64,000 nucleotides of DNA from an uncultured Clostridia bacterium (GTDB lineage Bacteria > Bacillota > Clostridia > TANB77 > CAG-508). Below are positions 10,452-22,264 of this stretch, one piece after another (the stretch's first letter is position 1; every line of letters begins with the position of its first letter). The notes below the pieces were generated by a model. The model saw only the letters and a program-made list of their open reading frames with translations. It was not told the DNA's origin and did not search any database. Both the position numbers and the translations under genes were made by a program. The stretch spans positions 5,763 to 69,762 of the forward strand of contig CAKPGC010000007.1 of assembly GCA_934154445.1 (NCBI GenBank), read 5' to 3'.

Positions 10452-11990
10452 CTATTCTCTGACTAACAAGCTCTCTCCTGTCATTTCTTCTGGTTTTTCT
10501 ATACCCATTAAGTCAAGCATTGTTGGTGCTAAATCTGCTAATTTTCCATTTTCTTTTAATTTATAATTTACATTGTCTGTTATTAATATTATTGGTACTG
10601 GATTTGTTGTATGTGCTGTGTGTGGTTCTCCTGTTTTGTAGTCTATCATTTGTTCTGCATTTCCATGGTCAGCTGTTATTATTAAGTTTCCTTTTTTCTC
10701 TTCTATTATTTTTACAACTCTTCCAATACATTCATCTACTGTTTCTACTGCTTTTATTGCAGCTTGTAAACTTCCTGTATGTCCAACCATGTCTGTATTT
10801 GCATAATTTAATATTACTACATCATATTTTTCATTTTCTAATGCTTCACATACTTTGTCTGTTACTTCATAAGCACTCATTTCCGGTTTCATATCATAAG
10901 TTTCTACTTTTGGTGATGGTACTAATATTCTATCTTCTCCTGGATATTGTTTTTCTTCTCCTCCATTAAAGAAGAATGTAACATGTGCATATTTTTCTGT
11001 TTCTGCAATTCTTAATTGTGTTAAATTGTGATTAGCTACTACTTCTCCAAATGTATTGATTAATCTTTCTTTCTTAAATGCTATATGAACATTTGGCATT
11101 GTTTCATCATAACTTGTAAAGCATACATAATATAATTTCATCTTTTTAGTTTCAAATTCATTAAATTCTGGATCGACTATAGCTCTTGTTATTTCTCTTG
11201 CTCTATCAGGTCTGAAGTTAAAAAATATTACAGAGTCATTTTCTTCTATTTTTGCAACTGGTTCATTTCCATTACATATTACAGTTGGTTCTACAAATTC
11301 ATCAAATACTTCTTTTTGGTATGAATCCTCAATTGCCTTTATGCTATCACCTGCCTTTATTCCTTCTCCATTTACTAAAGCATCATAACACTTTTGAACT
11401 CTTTGCCATCTTTTATCTCTATCCATACTATAAAATCTTCCTGAAAGTGTAGCTATTTTTCCTATTCCTTTTTCTTTCATTTTTTCTTGTAATTGAGCTA
11501 TATAGTTTTCAGCTGATGCTGGTGGTGTATCTCTTCCATCTAAAAAGCAATGAACATATACATCTTCAAAATCTCTTCTTTTTGCCATTTCTAATAGTCC
11601 ATACAAATGTCTTATGTGACTGTGAACTCCACCGTCTGATACTAGCCCTAAAATATGCAATTTAGAATTGTGTTTTTTGCAATTTTCTATGGCTGCTATA
11701 AATTCTGGATTACTAAAAAAGTCACCCTCTTCTATAGATTTTGTTATTCTTGTTAATTCTTGATATACTATTCTACCTGCTCCTATATTTGTATGTCCTA
11801 CTTCTGAATTTCCCATTTGTCCTTCTGGTAATCCTACATGTAGTCCACTTGTATATATGTCTGTATTAGGATATTTTTTCATTAGTTTATCAATATTAGG
11901 TGTTTTTGCTAACTTTACAGCATTTCCATCCTTATTTTCATTATCGCCAAAACCATCTAATATCATTAGCATTGTTACTTTGTTACTCAT
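10452..11990 (-). CDS. gpmI: 2,3-bisphosphoglycerate-independent phosphoglycerate mutase
   Basis: 512 aa; N-terminus [15 protein letters not shown]; metal-binding motifs (DGRD, ADHGN). Confidence 0.95.
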   Translation of the reverse strand: MSNKVTMLMILDGFGDNENKDGNAVKLAKTPNIDKLMKKYPNTDIYTSGLHVGLPEGQMGNSEVGHTNIGAGRIVYQELTRITKSIEEGDFFSNPEFIAAIENCKKHNSKLHILGLVSDGGVHSHIRHLYGLLEMAKRRDFEDVYVHCFLDGRDTPPASAENYIAQLQEKMKEKGIGKIATLSGRFYSMDRDKRWQRVQKCYDALVNGEGIKAGDSIKAIEDSYQKEVFDEFVEPTVICNGNEPVAKIEENDSVIFFNFRPDRAREITRAIVDPEFNEFETKKMKLYYVCFTSYDETMPNVHIAFKKERLINTFGEVVANHNLTQLRIAETEKYAHVTFFFNGGEEKQYPGEDRILVPSPKVETYDMKPEMSAYEVTDKVCEALENEKYDVVILNYANTDMVGHTGSLQAAIKAVETVDECIGRVVKIIEEKKGNLIITADHGNAEQMIDYKTGEPHTAHTTNPVPIILITDNVNYKLKENGKLADLAPTMLDLMGIEKPEEMTGESLLVRE

Positions 11991-12029
11991 TATTTTGCTT
12001 CCTTTCTTCTTATTAAATATTAGTATGTT

Positions 12030-12785
12030 TTAATAAATTTTATAATTTACTATTTTTGCAAACTCCTCTGGATTTAAACTTGCTCCTCCTACTAATCCTC
12101 CATCTATATCTGACATTTCAAATAATTCCTTGGCATTAGAACTTTTTACGCTACCGCCATATTGTATTATAACTCCATTTCCTACATTTTGTCCATAGAT
12201 TTGGCAAATTTCGTCACGAATTGCTTTTATAGCATCATTTGCTTGTTCAGAGCTAGCAGTTTTTCCTGTGCCAATCGCCCATATTGGTTCGTAAGCTATT
12301 ATTGTGTTTTTTACTTGTTCTTCGGTTAACCCTTGTAATGCAAGCTTTGTTTGCTTTGTAATTATTTCTTCTGTTTTGTTTGCTTCTCTTTGTTCTAATG
12401 TTTCTCCAACACATACTATTGGATTAAGTTTATTTTCAAATGCTGCTTTTATTTTTTTGTTTACTGTCTCATCTGTCTCATTAAAATACTGTCTTCTTTC
12501 AGAGTGGCCTATTATAACATATTCTACTCCAATTGATTTTAGCATTTTTCCTGATATTTCTCCTGTATATGCCCCTTTTTCTTCATAATGCATATTTTGT
12601 GCTCCTATTTTGATATTTGTTCCTTGTGCAGTTAATAAGCTATAAAATAAATCTGTATATGGAACACATAGTATAACTTCATTTTCAGTATTTTTAACAA
12701 GTGGTGCTAATTTGTCTATAAAGTCTATCGCTTCATTTGGAAGCATATTCATTTTCCAATTTCCTGCAATTACTTTTTTTCTCAT
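12030..12785 (-). CDS. tpiA: Triosephosphate isomerase
   Basis: [25 protein letters not shown] motifs. Start at ATG MRKK; the ORF-track extension begins at a TTG. Confidence 0.95.
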   Translation of the reverse strand: MRKKVIAGNWKMNMLPNEAIDFIDKLAPLVKNTENEVILCVPYTDLFYSLLTAQGTNIKIGAQNMHYEEKGAYTGEISGKMLKSIGVEYVIIGHSERRQYFNETDETVNKKIKAAFENKLNPIVCVGETLEQREANKTEEIITKQTKLALQGLTEEQVKNTIIAYEPIWAIGTGKTASSEQANDAIKAIRDEICQIYGQNVGNGVIIQYGGSVKSSNAKELFEMSDIDGGLVGGASLNPEEFAKIVNYKIY

Positions 12786-12821
12786 AATATTTCCTTTCTT
12801 TTCTTCCAAGATAAATGCCTC

Positions 12822-14006
12822 TTATTTATCTTGAAGACATTCAATTCCTGGTAATTTTTTTCCTTCTAAAAATTCTAATGATGCTCCACCACCAGTAGAA
12901 ATATGTGTCATTTTATCTGCTAATCCTGCTTTTTCTACTGCAGCTCCAGAATCTCCTCCTCCTATTATTGTTGTTGCGTCTAATTCTGATAAAGCTTTTG
13001 CTATTTCATTTGTTCCAATTGCAAATTGATCAAATTCAAACAACCCTAATGGTCCATTCCAGATTACTGTTTTAGCATTTTTTAATTCTTCTTTAAACAT
13101 TGCTATTGTTTTTTCTCCAATGTCAAATCCTTCCCATCCATCTGGTATATCTGTCCATGCAACTGTTTTACTTTCTGTATCTGGTTTAAATTCTTTTCCA
13201 ATTCTTGTGTCTACTGGTAATAATAGCTTAACACCTTTTTGTTTTGCTTTTTCCATAGCTTCTAGTGCTAATCCTGTTTTTTCTACTTCACATAGTGAAT
13301 TTCCTACATTGTATCCTTGAGCTTTAAAGAATGTATATGCCATTCCTCCACCAATCATTAATGTATCAACTTTATCTAATAAACTATCAATTACTCCTAT
13401 CTTGTCAGATACTTTTGCTCCTCCTAATATTGCCATGAATGGTCTTTCTGGATTATTTATAGCATTTCCCAATACTGTTAATTCTTTTTCTATTAAAAAG
13501 CCTGATACCGCTGGTATATATGCAGCTATTCCTGCAGTTGATGCATGCGCTCTATGTGCTGCTCCAAATGCATCATTTACAAATACTTCTGCCATTGATG
13601 CTAGTTTTTTTGCAAATTCTGGGTCATTATCTGTTTCCCCTCTATGGAACCTTACATTTTCAAGAAGCATTATTTCTCCTTCTTTTAAGTTTGCTGCCTT
13701 TGATGTTGCATCCTCTCCTATTACATCATTTGCCATTATTACTTCTTTATTTAATAGTTTTGATAATTCTTTAGCTACTGGTTTTAATGAAAATTCTGGT
13801 TTTACTTCTCCCTTTGGTCTTCCCAAGTGTGATGCTAATATTATTTTACAATTTTGCTCTAATAAATATTTTATTGTCGGTAATGCTGCAACTATTCTTG
13901 TGTTATCTGTTATATTTTGATTTTCATCCATTGGTACATTAAAGTCGCACCTTACAAATACCTTCTTTCCTTTTAAATCAATATCTTTTACTGTTTTTTT
14001 ATTCAT
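12822..14006 (-). CDS. pgk: Phosphoglycerate kinase
   Basis: 394 aa; RxDFNVP N-terminus and conserved C-terminal hinge. Confidence 0.95.
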   Translation of the reverse strand: MNKKTVKDIDLKGKKVFVRCDFNVPMDENQNITDNTRIVAALPTIKYLLEQNCKIILASHLGRPKGEVKPEFSLKPVAKELSKLLNKEVIMANDVIGEDATSKAANLKEGEIMLLENVRFHRGETDNDPEFAKKLASMAEVFVNDAFGAAHRAHASTAGIAAYIPAVSGFLIEKELTVLGNAINNPERPFMAILGGAKVSDKIGVIDSLLDKVDTLMIGGGMAYTFFKAQGYNVGNSLCEVEKTGLALEAMEKAKQKGVKLLLPVDTRIGKEFKPDTESKTVAWTDIPDGWEGFDIGEKTIAMFKEELKNAKTVIWNGPLGLFEFDQFAIGTNEIAKALSELDATTIIGGGDSGAAVEKAGLADKMTHISTGGGASLEFLEGKKLPGIECLQDK

Positions 14007-14085
14007 AATTTTTCCTCCTTAAATAAATTTTGGTATTTCTTTTAGTATTCACCTTTTTTATTAAGACAATACAATTTTATAACAA

Positions 14086-14134
14086 AAAAGTATACTTTTC
14101 AAGTATTATAAACATTATTTTTACATAATACTTT
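14086..14134. promoter_or_regulatory. pgk promoter region with a perfect 14-bp palindrome and a 9-bp inverted repeat (candidate operator)
   Basis: AAAAGTATACTTTT at 14086-14099; AAGTATTAT (14101-14109) paired with ATAATACTT (14126-14134). They overlap a TTGAAA, 17-nt spacer, TAAAAT promoter on the minus strand. Confidence 0.4.
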
Positions 14135-14158
14135 TTTACTCAAGCTTGTTTTTTCTTA

Positions 14159-16418
14159 TTATTTAAGCTCTTCTATTTTGAGTTCTAATCCTGTGTTTCT
14201 TTTTTTACTGTCAACATTTTGTATCATATAATTTATAACTCTATCACTGCCAATTATAATTAATAATTTTTTAGCTCTGGTAATTCCAGTATATAATAGA
14301 TTTCTTGTCAGTAACATTGGAGCTGATTGTGGTGCTAGCATTATTACTACGTCAAATTCACTTCCGTTGTGCTTTATGTATTGTTATTGCATAGCTATGT
14401 TCTATTTGCTCTAAATCTGTATATTCATACCATGCTACTTTTTCATCATCAAATTTAATTTTTACAACTTTTTCTTTTTCATCAATTTCAAGTATGGTTC
14501 CCATCTCGCCATTGAATACTCCTGTTCCTATTTCTACATCTTCCGGTATTTTTAATTTTTCATTTTTAAATGTTCCTTTTTCTCTTTCCCATGTGATATC
14601 ATAATTGTTTTTTACTTGCATTACTCTATCTCCAACCCTGTATGTTACTCCTCCATATATTTTTTCTGGCAATTCCTCTGTATTTGGATTTAAAACTGCT
14701 TGTAATGCCTTATTTAATTCTTTTGTCCCTAATGGTCCCTTTTTTGTTGGAGTTAATACTTGGATATTTTTGAAGAAATCATAGTTTCCGAATTTTTCTA
14801 ATCTTCCTGTTGATAAACTAATTACCTCTTGCATCATTTTTTCTGTTGAATTTTGTTTTATAAAAAAGAAGTCTTCTTTTGTATCTTCTTCTACTTCTTC
14901 ATCATCTTTTCGAATAAATCCTTGCCCATTATTCACTCTATGAGCATTTAATATTATCTTGCTTTTGGCTGCCTGTCTGAAAATCTTGTCTAGCTTCACG
15001 GTGTTTATAACTTCTGAATTTATTAAGTCTTTTAATACACTTCCAGGTCCTACTGATGGCAATTGGTCTATATCTCCTACTAGCACAAGTTTAGTTCCTT
15101 GATATATACAATTAAGCAAATAATTCATTAAAAACATATCAACCATAGAAAGCTCATCAACTACTATTAAGTCAGCATCTATTGGCTCACCTTTATATTC
15201 ACTATGTTTTGAATATATTCCTTCATCATCTAGTTTTCCAATTCCTAATAATCTATGTAATGTTGAGGCTTCTTTTCCTGTTGCCTCTGTCATTTTTTTT
15301 GCAGCCCTTCCCGTTGGTGCTGCTAATACTACTTTCTTTTTTCTTTCCTCATATAAATCAATTATTGATTTTATTATTGTTGTTTTACCTGTTCCTGGTC
15401 CTCCTGTTATGATTGTAACATTGTTATCATTTATAGATAAAATGGCTTCCTTTTGTTTTTCTGATAATTCTATATTTGATCTTTTTTCTACATCTTTTAA
15501 GCATTTTTCTATATGTTCTATCTTTTTTGTATTTTTGCTTTTATCTAATCCTACTATTCGTGTTGCAATTTCTTTTTCTACATTATAGAAATTTTCTAAA
15601 TATATGCATTCATAATCTTCTCTTTTTTCGACCACAATTTCTTCTTTTGCTTTTAAGTTAATTATGTTTTCCTCTACCGCTTCTGATGTTACATCTAATA
15701 ATGATATTACATATTCTATTAGATTTGACTTTATAACATAAGAATGTCCATTATATGTAGCTTTTATCAAAGCATACTTAATTCCGCTCTCTACTCTTTT
15801 TTGATTATCATAGTTTATTCCTAATCTTAATGCCATTTGATCAATTTGCTTAAAGTCTACTCCTCGAGCCATATCAATTAAAATATAAGGATTTGATTCA
15901 ATTTGTTCAATCGCATTTATTCCAAGCAAATCATAAATCTTTTTAGCATTTTCTGCACCAATTCCAAACCTTTCTAAAAAACCGACAATTTGCCAAACTT
16001 CCCAGTTTTCTAGGAAACTTTCAGACATTTCTTTAGCTTTTGCCTCAGATATTCCTTTTATTTGTGCTAATTTTTCTGGTTCGAATTTAAAAACATTAAT
16101 TGTATCTTCTCCAAATTTTTTTATTATTTTCTTTGCTGTTGTTTCTCCAATTCCTTTTATACTTCCGTTTGCTAAATATCTCTCTAATGCTCCTAAAGTT
16201 TCTGGCATTATTTTTTCAAAAGTTTCTATTTTAAACTGCCTTCCATAATCTTTATGTTCAACAAATCTCCCTTCTAGCTTTAGAGTGTCTCCACTTCTTA
16301 CAAATGGTAAGTATCCTACTATTGTTGTTTCCTCTTCTTCAGTCTCAAATACTGCAATGGTATAACTATTTACATCGTTTTGATATATTATGTCTGTTAC
16401 TTCTCCTCTGATTTCCAA
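14159..16418 (-). pseudogene. recD2: RecD2-type ATP-dependent DNA helicase, disrupted by a +1 frameshift (an extra C near 14366)
   Basis: The 686-aa ORF ends ...AITIHKAQRK*. The alternate frame reads through as HKAQGSEFDVVIMLAPQ... and joins the 60-aa ORF LYTGITRAKKLLIIIGS. Walker A GGPGTGKTT is present. Confidence 0.8.
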
Positions 16419-16485
16419 TATGTTTCTCCCTTTCTTATTTTGTTCAGTTTATCATATAAATTATTAAAAAACAAGAACTGAATTT

Positions 16486-16839
16486 TTAGTTTTCGTCAAC
16501 ATTATCTATTATCTCTTTGCATTCTCTCCAACTTGTAACTTTTAATATATCATAATCCTTTGAAAGTTTATTCGCTATCTTCTTTGTGTTATCACTTGAT
16601 TGTAAATCTGCAACAATGACATTTTTTAAATATTCCTCTCTTCCATATAATATTTTAAATATTATTGAACGCAAAAAGCCCTCAATTCTTTCTTCTTGAT
16701 TTTTCACCGCAATTATAACATAAATACCATCTGATTTAAATTTTGTATATGTACTTATATATACTATGTTTTTTATAATCTCAAATAAGCCATAGATGGC
16801 TAATGTCCAAAATATTGTGTTTAGTACAAATTCTAACAT
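16486..16839 (-). CDS. Hypothetical membrane-anchored protein (117 aa), possibly a GT2-like N-terminal remnant
   Basis: N-terminal TM, then YVIIAVKNQEERIEGFL, which resembles the N-terminus of GT2 family enzymes. Too short to be a complete GT2. Confidence 0.3.
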   Translation of the reverse strand: MLEFVLNTIFWTLAIYGLFEIIKNIVYISTYTKFKSDGIYVIIAVKNQEERIEGFLRSIIFKILYGREEYLKNVIVADLQSSDNTKKIANKLSKDYDILKVTSWRECKEIIDNVDEN

Positions 16840-16892
16840 TTTGTAGCCTCCTATGGTTTATTATATTCTATTCTAATTTTTATGTGATTTTT

Positions 16893-17327
16893 CTATGCCA
16901 TCCATTGTTTTAACATCCATAAATGCTTTCCATAACTTAAAATATAATCATCAATTAATGCTGATGTAGCATAATTATTTTGTTTGTCAGATTCTTCTTT
17001 TATTTCATTTGCTTTCTTTAATAATATTTCAAAATCAGTTATCAAATTTTTATATATCTCATCAGATTTTACTTTTTTATTTTCTGCTTCTTGTATTATT
17101 GATACAGATATATAATCTTTTAATGTTCCTAATGGTTGTCCTCCTAATATTAAAATATGCTCTGCTATTTCGTCTATTGACTCATTTACTTCATTATATA
17201 ATTCTTCTAATTTTTTATGTGTTTCAAAAAAATCTCTTCCTTGTATATTCCAATGATAATTTTGTAATTTTCTATAAAACACATTTAAGTCTGCTAAAAA
17301 TTCATTTAAAGTTTGTTCTAAGTTCAT
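16893..17327 (-). CDS. dps: Dps (DNA protection during starvation, ferritin-like)
   Basis: 144 aa; ferroxidase-centre residues in the HWN..G..F...H..EE. context. Confidence 0.85.
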   Translation of the reverse strand: MNLEQTLNEFLADLNVFYRKLQNYHWNIQGRDFFETHKKLEELYNEVNESIDEIAEHILILGGQPLGTLKDYISVSIIQEAENKKVKSDEIYKNLITDFEILLKKANEIKEESDKQNNYATSALIDDYILSYGKHLWMLKQWMA

Positions 17328-17447
17328 AATAATTCCTCACTTTCGTTTTTTTTATTATTAACTTTTTAAATTTTTTTATTCTTTGTTTTTGTTTAAAAGT
17401 TTGAAATCTGTTTATAATATTTTTAAATAAATTTGTTGAGGTATTTT

Positions 17448-18399
17448 ATGAAAAAATCTTATTTAATTAAACATCCCGAATGTTTTCATGGTGAAAAATT
17501 TTTAAATAATCATTCAACTTACTTTGAAGGTTGGTATTTTAAAATTAGTAATGGAGCTGATGTTATTTCTATTATTCCTGGTGTTAATTTTGAGTCTCGG
17601 TAATTATTCTGCTTTTATACAAATTATTACAAAAAATAATTCTTATTTTTTGAATTATTCTTTTCAGGATTTTGTATTTAATGATAATCCTTTTTTTATA
17701 AAAATTGCTAATAACTTTTTTTCTTTAGATAATATTAATATTAATATAAACGATTCTTTTCATGCATTAACTATAAATGGCAGTATACATTTTTCAAATC
17801 ATACATTAATTTCTACTAATTTTTTTACTCCAAGTATAATGGGACCATTTTCTTACTTTCAATCTATGGAATGCAATCATGCTATTTTATCAATGAAAAG
17901 TAAAATTCTTGGTTCACTTCATGTCAATGGAAATTTAATAAATTTTGACAATGGCTCAGCTTATATTGAAAAGGATTGGGGAACTTCCTTTCCAAAATCT
18001 TATATATGGTGTCAATCAAATGAATTTTTAGCTTTTCCTGCAAATTTTATGCTTTCAGTTGCAACCATACCTTTAGGAATCATGAATTTTAATGGTATTA
18101 TTAGTGATATCTCATTTGAAAATAAAGAATATAAATTTGCTACTTATTATGGTGCAAAATTAAAAAAATATGATGTTACTAATAGTTGTATTGATATTGA
18201 AATTAAACAAGGTAATAAATTACTTACAGTTTCCTCTTTGTCTGAAAATGCTAATTTTCTTTTAGCCCCTTCTAAAGGAAAAATGAAAAAAGAAATACTT
18301 GAAAGTATTTCTTCTATAATAAATGTTGAAATAAAGGAAAATGACAAAATAGTTTTTTCTAATTCTGGTTTTAATTCTGGTTTAGAAATTGTTATTTAA
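17448..18399 (+). pseudogene. Tocopherol-cyclase-like protein, split by a frameshift near 17592-17607
   Basis: The N-terminal 51 codons (MKKSYLIKHPECFHGEKFLNNHSTYFEGWYFKISNG...IPGVNF) stop at 17601. The protein continues in the +1 frame (ORF 17524..18399) with the EKDWGTSFP region. Confidence 0.5.
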
Positions 18400-18895
18400 A
18401 TTCCTTTTTTATTTCTTTATAATCTGGCATATAAATTCGGACTAAATTCCAAAACTCTTTTGAGTGATTCATGTGTTTTAAATGACATAATTCATGTAAA
18501 ATCACGTATCTTATTGCTTGCTTACTATATGATATTAAGTTTTCATTAATTGTTATATTTTTATTAATTGAACAACTTCCCCATGCATATTTTATCTTTC
18601 TTATTCTTATCCTATTTGGAATTAGTCCTGTTATTTCTATTAATTCATTTGCATTTTTTTCTACTAATTGTTTAAATTGCTCTTGTGTATATTGTGGTTT
18701 TTTTTCTGAATTTTTCTTTTCTTTTTCTAAGCTTTTTTGAATCCAGTTTGACTTTTCTTCAATTATTTTTGTCAGTTCTTTTTTTGATACTCTTTTTGGA
18801 GCTTTGATAAGTACTTTGCCATCTTTTATTTTTATATAAATATTTTTTATTCTTGAATATGTTATTTCATATTGTGGAATTTCTTGATTATTCAT
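18392..18895 (-). CDS. YgjP/DUF45-like (M48-related) metal-dependent hydrolase, paralog 2 with intact HExxH
   Basis: VILHELCHLKHMNHSKEFW motif; 167 aa. Confidence 0.7.
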   Translation of the reverse strand: MNNQEIPQYEITYSRIKNIYIKIKDGKVLIKAPKRVSKKELTKIIEEKSNWIQKSLEKEKKNSEKKPQYTQEQFKQLVEKNANELIEITGLIPNRIRIRKIKYAWGSCSINKNITINENLISYSKQAIRYVILHELCHLKHMNHSKEFWNLVRIYMPDYKEIKKEFK

Positions 18896-18983
18896 AAAGT
18901 TCTCCCTGTGTTTTTTATATTATTTATATCATAAAAGCAGATAATTATCAACAAACTATCTGCTATAAAGCTTGTATTTACGT

Positions 18984-19436
18984 TTAAAGTTCAAACTTAT
19001 ATAAATATTCACCTGATTTTAACTTTTTTATAAAAATTGCTCCAAATTTTTCATAATAATTTTCTAAGTTTGTTTTCAAATATACTGTTGTAAATCCTCT
19101 ACTTTGCGCTTCTTTTAATATGGCATTATTTAGTATTCGAGAATATCCATTATTTCTATACTCTTCTTTAACATACATTGTAGCATACCAAGGCGTTAAT
19201 TCTTTTTCTTCTTCACAGTCTTTAGGAAAAATAGATACAAATCCTATTAGCTCGTTATTGTCTATTAAAATTAACTTACAAAAAGATTTGTTATTAAGTG
19301 CATTACAGATTTTTTCCTTTTTTCTTTTAATTCTCTCTTGTTTATTTTCTTCTTTATTATCTGCCCATTCTTCATATTCTAATTTTGCGACTTCATCTAA
19401 ATATTCTAACTTATCTCTTAAATTATATATTTTCAT
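18984..19436 (-). CDS. GNAT family N-acetyltransferase
   Basis: 150 aa; acetyl-CoA binding region VKEEYRNNGYSRILNNAI. Confidence 0.75.
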   Translation of the reverse strand: MKIYNLRDKLEYLDEVAKLEYEEWADNKEENKQERIKRKKEKICNALNNKSFCKLILIDNNELIGFVSIFPKDCEEEKELTPWYATMYVKEEYRNNGYSRILNNAILKEAQSRGFTTVYLKTNLENYYEKFGAIFIKKLKSGEYLYKFEL

Positions 19437-19550
19437 GTTTAGAATCTCCTTTGCAACTTTAATATTTTATACTTCATGTAGCAAATTTGTTCTATGCTAA
19501 TTTTACTTTTCTTTTCAAATAAAAAAAACGCCCCTTTTGGGACATTTTTA

Positions 19551-20078
19551 TTATACTAATTGTAATATAGCAACTTCTGCTGCATCTCCTCTTCTAGGAC
19601 CTGCTTTTACTATTCTTGTATATCCACCTACATTTTTACCTTCGTATTTAGGTGCTATTTCGTTGAATAATTTTGCTGTTACATCTATATTTTTACCATC
19701 AGCATCTTTTACTTTATTTACTTTTCTCATCATTTTTCTTCTAGCATTTAATCTAGATGGCATATCTTTTTGTCTTTTTTCAGTAGTTTCTTCTTTAACT
19801 ACTTTTAAGAATTCTTTACCATTTTTGCTTTTTACTAATTCTGTTACTTTATTACCTTTTGAGTCTAATTTAGCTTTAACTACTTTTACTTCTACTTCTT
19901 CAAAGTTGTCTTTTTCTTTTATTGCTAATGATATTAAACTATCTGCTATTGCTTTTACTTCTTTGGCTCTTGGTAATGTTGTTTCAACTTTTCCATATAC
20001 TAATAAATCTGTTGTTAAGTTTTTTAACATTGCCATTCTTATATCTGTAGTTCTACCTAATTTTCTATTTGTAGCCAA
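19551..20078 (-). CDS. rplQ: 50S ribosomal protein L17, with a ~50-aa Lys/Glu-rich internal insertion
   Basis: N-terminus [18 protein letters not shown] and C-terminus [25 protein letters not shown] are canonical. 175 aa vs ~115-130 typical. TTG start. Confidence 0.9.
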   Translation of the reverse strand: MATNRKLGRTTDIRMAMLKNLTTDLLVYGKVETTLPRAKEVKAIADSLISLAIKEKDNFEEVEVKVVKAKLDSKGNKVTELVKSKNGKEFLKVVKEETTEKRQKDMPSRLNARRKMMRKVNKVKDADGKNIDVTAKLFNEIAPKYEGKNVGGYTRIVKAGPRRGDAAEVAILQLV

Positions 20079-20227
20079 TTCTTTTCACCTTTCCTTTCAC
20101 TTCACTTTGTTTCGTTCATTGTAAAATAAAAATTTATAATTTTTATTTTACAAATCACTCGCCTCGCTCGTTCATATTCATTCAAAAATTTTTTCAAATT
20201 TTTGTCTACCAACTTCTATTTATTATT

Positions 20228-21175
20228 TTAGTCTTCTTCTTGTGCAAAATCTAATCCTAATGAGTGTAATTTTGCTGTTACTTCATCAAAAGATTTTTTA
20301 CCCAAGTTTCTAACTTTCATCATTTCTGTTTCTGATTTACTTATTAAATCTTCAACTGTAGATATGTTTGCTCTTTTTAAGCAATTGTATGATCTTACTG
20401 ATAATTCTAATTCTTCAATTGACATCTCTAAAACTTTTTCTTTTTTAGATTCTTCTTTTTCAACCATTACTTGTGTATTTTTAGTTGTTTCAGATAAATC
20501 TATAAATAATTCTAGATGTCCTGTCATTACTTTAGCAGCTAAACTTAATGCTTCATGTGCTTTTAAACTTCCATCTGTCCATACTTCTATAGTTAATTTG
20601 TCATAATCAACCCTTTGCCCAACTCTAGTATTTTCTACTTGATAATTTACCTTTTTTACTGGTGTATAGATTGAGTCAATTGGAAGTACAGATATGTCTT
20701 GATTTGGCTTTTTATTTTGCTCAGATGAATTGTATCCTCTTCCTTTATTAGCTGTCATTTCTATAATAAGGCTTCCGCCTTCAGAAACTGTTGCTATATG
20801 TAAGTCAGGATTTAGTATTTCTACTGTTCCATCTGTTTGTATATCACCAGCTAGTACTTCACCTTCACCTTTAAAGTTTATTCTTAATACTTTTTCTTCA
20901 TTCTCATCAAATTTAAGTCTTACATTTTTTAAATTTACTATTAATTCTGGTACATCTTCAACTACATTTGGTATTGTTGAAAATTCATGTAATACTCCTT
21001 CGATTTTTGCACTTGTTATAGCACATCCTGGAAGTGATGAAAGTAATATTCTTCTTAATGAGTTTCCTATTGTTACACCATATCCTCTTTCTAATGGTTC
21101 ACATACAAATTTTGCATAATTATTTGCTTCATCAATTTCTAGACATTCAATATTTGGCTTTTCAAATTCTATCAT
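20228..21175 (-). CDS. rpoA: DNA-directed RNA polymerase alpha subunit
   Basis: 315 aa; N-terminal domain and C-terminal HhH domain. Confidence 0.95.
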   Translation of the reverse strand: MIEFEKPNIECLEIDEANNYAKFVCEPLERGYGVTIGNSLRRILLSSLPGCAITSAKIEGVLHEFSTIPNVVEDVPELIVNLKNVRLKFDENEEKVLRINFKGEGEVLAGDIQTDGTVEILNPDLHIATVSEGGSLIIEMTANKGRGYNSSEQNKKPNQDISVLPIDSIYTPVKKVNYQVENTRVGQRVDYDKLTIEVWTDGSLKAHEALSLAAKVMTGHLELFIDLSETTKNTQVMVEKEESKKEKVLEMSIEELELSVRSYNCLKRANISTVEDLISKSETEMMKVRNLGKKSFDEVTAKLHSLGLDFAQEED

Positions 21176-21220
21176 TTTTACCTCCTAAATTGAGAATATT
21201 CTCAAACTATTTAAAAACTA

Positions 21221-21847
21221 TTATTTTGAGTAAAGCTCTACTATTAAATGTTCTTCTATTGGAAGATCAATATCTTCTCTAGCTGATAATCTAACTACTT
21301 TACCACTCAATTTTTCATTGTCTCTTTCTAACCAAGCTGGAACTGGTCTAGCTGAATTTAATTCAACATTTGATTTTAATGTAGAGTTATCTTTTTTGTT
21401 TTCTCTAACAGTAATTATATCTCCTGCTTTTACTAAGTAAGATGGAATATCTACCTTTTTACCATTTACTTCAAATTGTCCATGGTTTACAAATTGTCTT
21501 GCTTGTGCTCTTGATGTTCCAAATCCTAATCTATATACAACATTATCCAATCTGCTTTCTAATATTTGTAATAAGTTTTCACCTGTTACACCTTTTTTGT
21601 TTGAAGCCATTTCAAAATATCTTCTGAATTGTTTTTCTCCAACTCCATAATATGCTTTTGTTTTTTGTTTTTCTCTTAATTGTGTACCGTATTCAGAAAG
21701 TTTTGCTCTTTTTTGTCCGTGTTGTCCTGGTGCATAATTTCTTCTTGATATACTACATTTATCTGTATAGCATCTTTCACCTTTTAAGAACAACTTTTGT
21801 CCTTCTCTACGGCATCTACGACATTGTTCGTCTTTATATCTTGCCAT
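21221..21847 (-). CDS. rpsD: 30S ribosomal protein S4
   Basis: [31 protein letters not shown] (Zn-binding cysteines); 208 aa. Confidence 0.95.
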   Translation of the reverse strand: MARYKDEQCRRCRREGQKLFLKGERCYTDKCSISRRNYAPGQHGQKRAKLSEYGTQLREKQKTKAYYGVGEKQFRRYFEMASNKKGVTGENLLQILESRLDNVVYRLGFGTSRAQARQFVNHGQFEVNGKKVDIPSYLVKAGDIITVRENKKDNSTLKSNVELNSARPVPAWLERDNEKLSGKVVRLSAREDIDLPIEEHLIVELYSK

Positions 21848-21865
21848 TATATTTACTCCCTTCTT

Positions 21866-22264
21866 TTATACTCTTCTTCTTTTTGGTGGTCTACATCCAT
21901 TATGTGGTATTGGTGTTACGTCTTTAATTGCACTTATTTCTAAACCTGCTGTTTGAAGTGCTCTTATTGCAGCTTCTCTTCCAGCTCCTGGTCCTTTAAC
22001 AAATACTTCAACTGTTTTTAATCCGTGTTCCATAGCTGCTTTAGCTGCTGTTTCAGCTACTTGTCCTGCAGCAAATGGTGTACTTTTTCTTGAACCTTTG
22101 AATCCTAATTCTCCAGCACTTCCCCATGAGATTGCATTTCCTTGAGTATCTGTTATTGTAACTATTGTATTATTAAAACTAGAATGAATATGTGCTTCAC
22201 CTTTTTCGATGTTTTTTCTATTTCTTCTAGCTACTGGTTTTCTTGTTGTTTTATTATTAGCCAT
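21866..22264 (-). CDS. rpsK: 30S ribosomal protein S11
   Basis: 132 aa; canonical S11 sequence. Confidence 0.95.
   Translation of the reverse strand: MANNKTTRKPVARRNRKNIEKGEAHIHSSFNNTIVTITDTQGNAISWGSAGELGFKGSRKSTPFAAGQVAETAAKAAMEHGLKTVEVFVKGPGAGREAAIRALQTAGLEISAIKDVTPIPHNGCRPPKRRRV

Noticed and set aside
12786-12809. 5' extensions given by the ORF track for tpiA (MEEKKGNI...), rpsM (MEVQKN...), rplC ([13 protein letters not shown]...), rpsQ, ligA, folD and the WG-repeat gene
   Set aside because: The first 'M' is a TTG, or an upstream ATG lacking an SD. Internal ATGs with canonical AGGAGG-type SD and conserved protein N-termini were preferred.
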